From Alphaproteobacteria bacterium (GTDB lineage: Bacteria > Pseudomonadota > Alphaproteobacteria > UBA8317), in assembly GCA_038131935.1 (NCBI GenBank), contig JAYPQH010000032.1, forward strand, positions 32,001 through 96,000: DNA of 64,000 bases. Reading direction: 5' to 3'. Each line of letters opens with the position of its first letter. The stretch's first letter is position 1. Of this stretch, positions 62,431 through 64,000 are shown in pieces. A program made the position numbers and the translations under genes. The notes beneath the pieces were generated by a model. It searched no databases, was not told where the DNA came from, and saw nothing but the letters and a program-made list of their open reading frames with translations.

Positions 62431-63270
62431 ATGGCAACCATAACAACGCCTGATGGCATTAAACTATATGTTGAAGAAGCAGGATCTGGAACGCCAATTG
62501 TCTTTGTCCATGAATTTGCAGGAGATTGGAGATCCTGGGAACCACAGATTCGTCATTTTTCCCGACGCCATCGTTGCATTACATACTCTGCAAGAGGATA
62601 CTCACCGTCTGATATCCCTGAAGATGCAGCATTTTATTCACAAGAAAAAGCTCGGGATGATATCCTTGCGGTTATGGATGCCCTCAAGATCGATCGCGCA
62701 CATATTGTTGGGTTATCCATGGGTGCTTTTGCTACAGTACATTTTGGTCTTGCTTACCCTGAAAGGGCACTTTCACTTCTGGTAGCGGGATGTGGTTATG
62801 GGTCTGATCCAAAAGATTACTTACCCTTCAAACAAGAAGCGGAGAAAGCTGCTGCGACAATTGCAGAACATGGCATGGAATATTTTGGGCGCACATACGG
62901 AGCCGGCCCAACCCGTCTACCGTTCAAGCGAAAAGACCCAAGAGGTTTTGAGGAATTCCTCACACGACTTTGCGAACATTCTGCTATGGGATCATCATTA
63001 ACCATGGCCAATTATCAAGCCAAAAGGCCATCACTTTATGACTTCGCGGAAGGCATGAAGAATATGAATGTTCCTACACTCATTGTAAACGGTGACGAAG
63101 ACACCCCTGCATTACTTCCGGGCTTATTCATGAAAGAACATATCCCCGCTTCGGGCATGGTCACCGTTTCGCGAACTGGGCATACCATCAACTTGGAAGA
63201 ACCGGACCTTTTCAATCATTTGTTAGAAACATTCATCGCTGATGTTTCGAGCGGATCGTGGTACCGTTAA
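62431..63270 (+). CDS. Alpha/beta hydrolase
   Basis: HEFAGD..SWEPQ, GLSMG, GDED, GHTINLEEP. Confidence 0.9.
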   Translation: MATITTPDGIKLYVEEAGSGTPIVFVHEFAGDWRSWEPQIRHFSRRHRCITYSARGYSPSDIPEDAAFYSQEKARDDILAVMDALKIDRAHIVGLSMGAFATVHFGLAYPERALSLLVAGCGYGSDPKDYLPFKQEAEKAAATIAEHGMEYFGRTYGAGPTRLPFKRKDPRGFEEFLTRLCEHSAMGSSLTMANYQAKRPSLYDFAEGMKNMNVPTLIVNGDEDTPALLPGLFMKEHIPASGMVTVSRTGHTINLEEPDLFNHLLETFIADVSSGSWYR

Positions 63271-63461
63271 TGATCACGAGGCTTTTCTCGACTTAAGAGG
63301 TTGTCCATGAGCAAACCTCCAAGGCCAAGAATGAGCCCAACCATACTCCAAGCCAACGGCCCCAACGGCGTTTGTAACACACCGTTGGGGAAAAAAATCA
63401 CCGATAGAAGGAAAAGCATACCGCCAAAAATACTGATAGATATGCGAATTTTTTTGGCCAT
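63267..63461 (-). CDS. Hypothetical two-TM protein
   Basis: MAKKIRISIS..., two hydrophobic segments; TAATG overlap with the upstream hydrolase. Confidence 0.55.
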   Translation of the reverse strand: MAKKIRISISIFGGMLFLLSVIFFPNGVLQTPLGPLAWSMVGLILGLGGLLMDNLLSREKPRDH

Positions 63462-64000
63462 TAAGCTTCCTGTGAGTGGATCCAATCAAGAAGAATTTGA
63501 TTGAACATTTGAGGATTTTCAATATTACACAAATGCGCAGCACCAGAAACAACCTTCATGATAGAACCTGGCAGATTTGCAGCGATAACCTCAGACATGG
63601 CAACGGGAAGAGCTGGATCATGCTCTCCGGGGATAACGATTGAAGGCGTTGTGATTTGTGCCAATTGTGCAGTGTAATTCAATTTCATGATGGCGCGTGA
63701 ACAACCAACATAACCTTTAAGGCTTGTGCCACCAATCATCTGCGACACCCTTTCCACCAGATCTGGATTGTTCTGGCGTGTATCTTCTGTCAACCATCGC
63801 GCTAGCGTTGGTTCGACCATGCCCTCCATACCCTCGGCAGTTGCCTTGGCAATACGCTCTTCCCACATGGGGAGTGCTGCTTCAGGTACCGCACTCGATG
63901 TTGCACAAAGAGCCAACGACGAAAACATTTGTGGGTGAAAAATACCAATAGCCTGGCCAGTCATACCACCAATAGACAAACCACAAAAATGTGCCCTCTC
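63461..64000 (-). CDS. 3-oxoadipate enol-lactonase (PcaD)-like hydrolase, 5' end outside window
   Basis: HFCGLSIGGM, WEERI, RW, GYVGC..AI, AAHLCNIE. Confidence 0.8.
   Translation of the reverse strand, partial: ERAHFCGLSIGGMTGQAIGIFHPQMFSSLALCATSSAVPEAALPMWEERIAKATAEGMEGMVEPTLARWLTEDTRQNNPDLVERVSQMIGGTSLKGYVGCSRAIMKLNYTAQLAQITTPSIVIPGEHDPALPVAMSEVIAANLPGSIMKVVSGAAHLCNIENPQMFNQILLDWIHSQEA

Overview
Chromosomal segment of an alphaproteobacterium, inferred from the rplM-rpsI, ctaA-DUF2842 and argC-phaC-aminotransferase-hom-glpX-recJ gene sets. It has three parts. (1) 1-6500 is a decayed island anchored at the 3' end of tRNA-Glu(TTC). It holds a P4-like integrase C-terminal remnant, queE/queF pseudogenes, a circularly permuted ATP-grasp gene, and a three-gene module. 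That module is a PepSY protein, a membrane-anchored LuxR regulator and an acidic 37-aa-repeat protein ending in a dockerin-like domain; the PepSY and repeat genes carry a near-identical palindrome 113-114 bp upstream of their start codons. (2) 6.5-15 kb and 56-60 kb are housekeeping genes. (3) About 41 kb of small-acid and sugar-acid catabolic and transport genes lies between argC and rpsI: a TRAP transporter, otnKCI, tarD, an xylD-like dehydratase, a Gci-like enolase, HpcH aldolases, PhyH dioxygenases, amidase and hydrolases. No DNA-binding regulator was recognised in this block. About ten genes, including essential rplM, have single-base frameshifts, mostly in homopolymers, so the assembly probably contains long-read-type indel errors. 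All family calls come from motif recognition by eye, not database searches.
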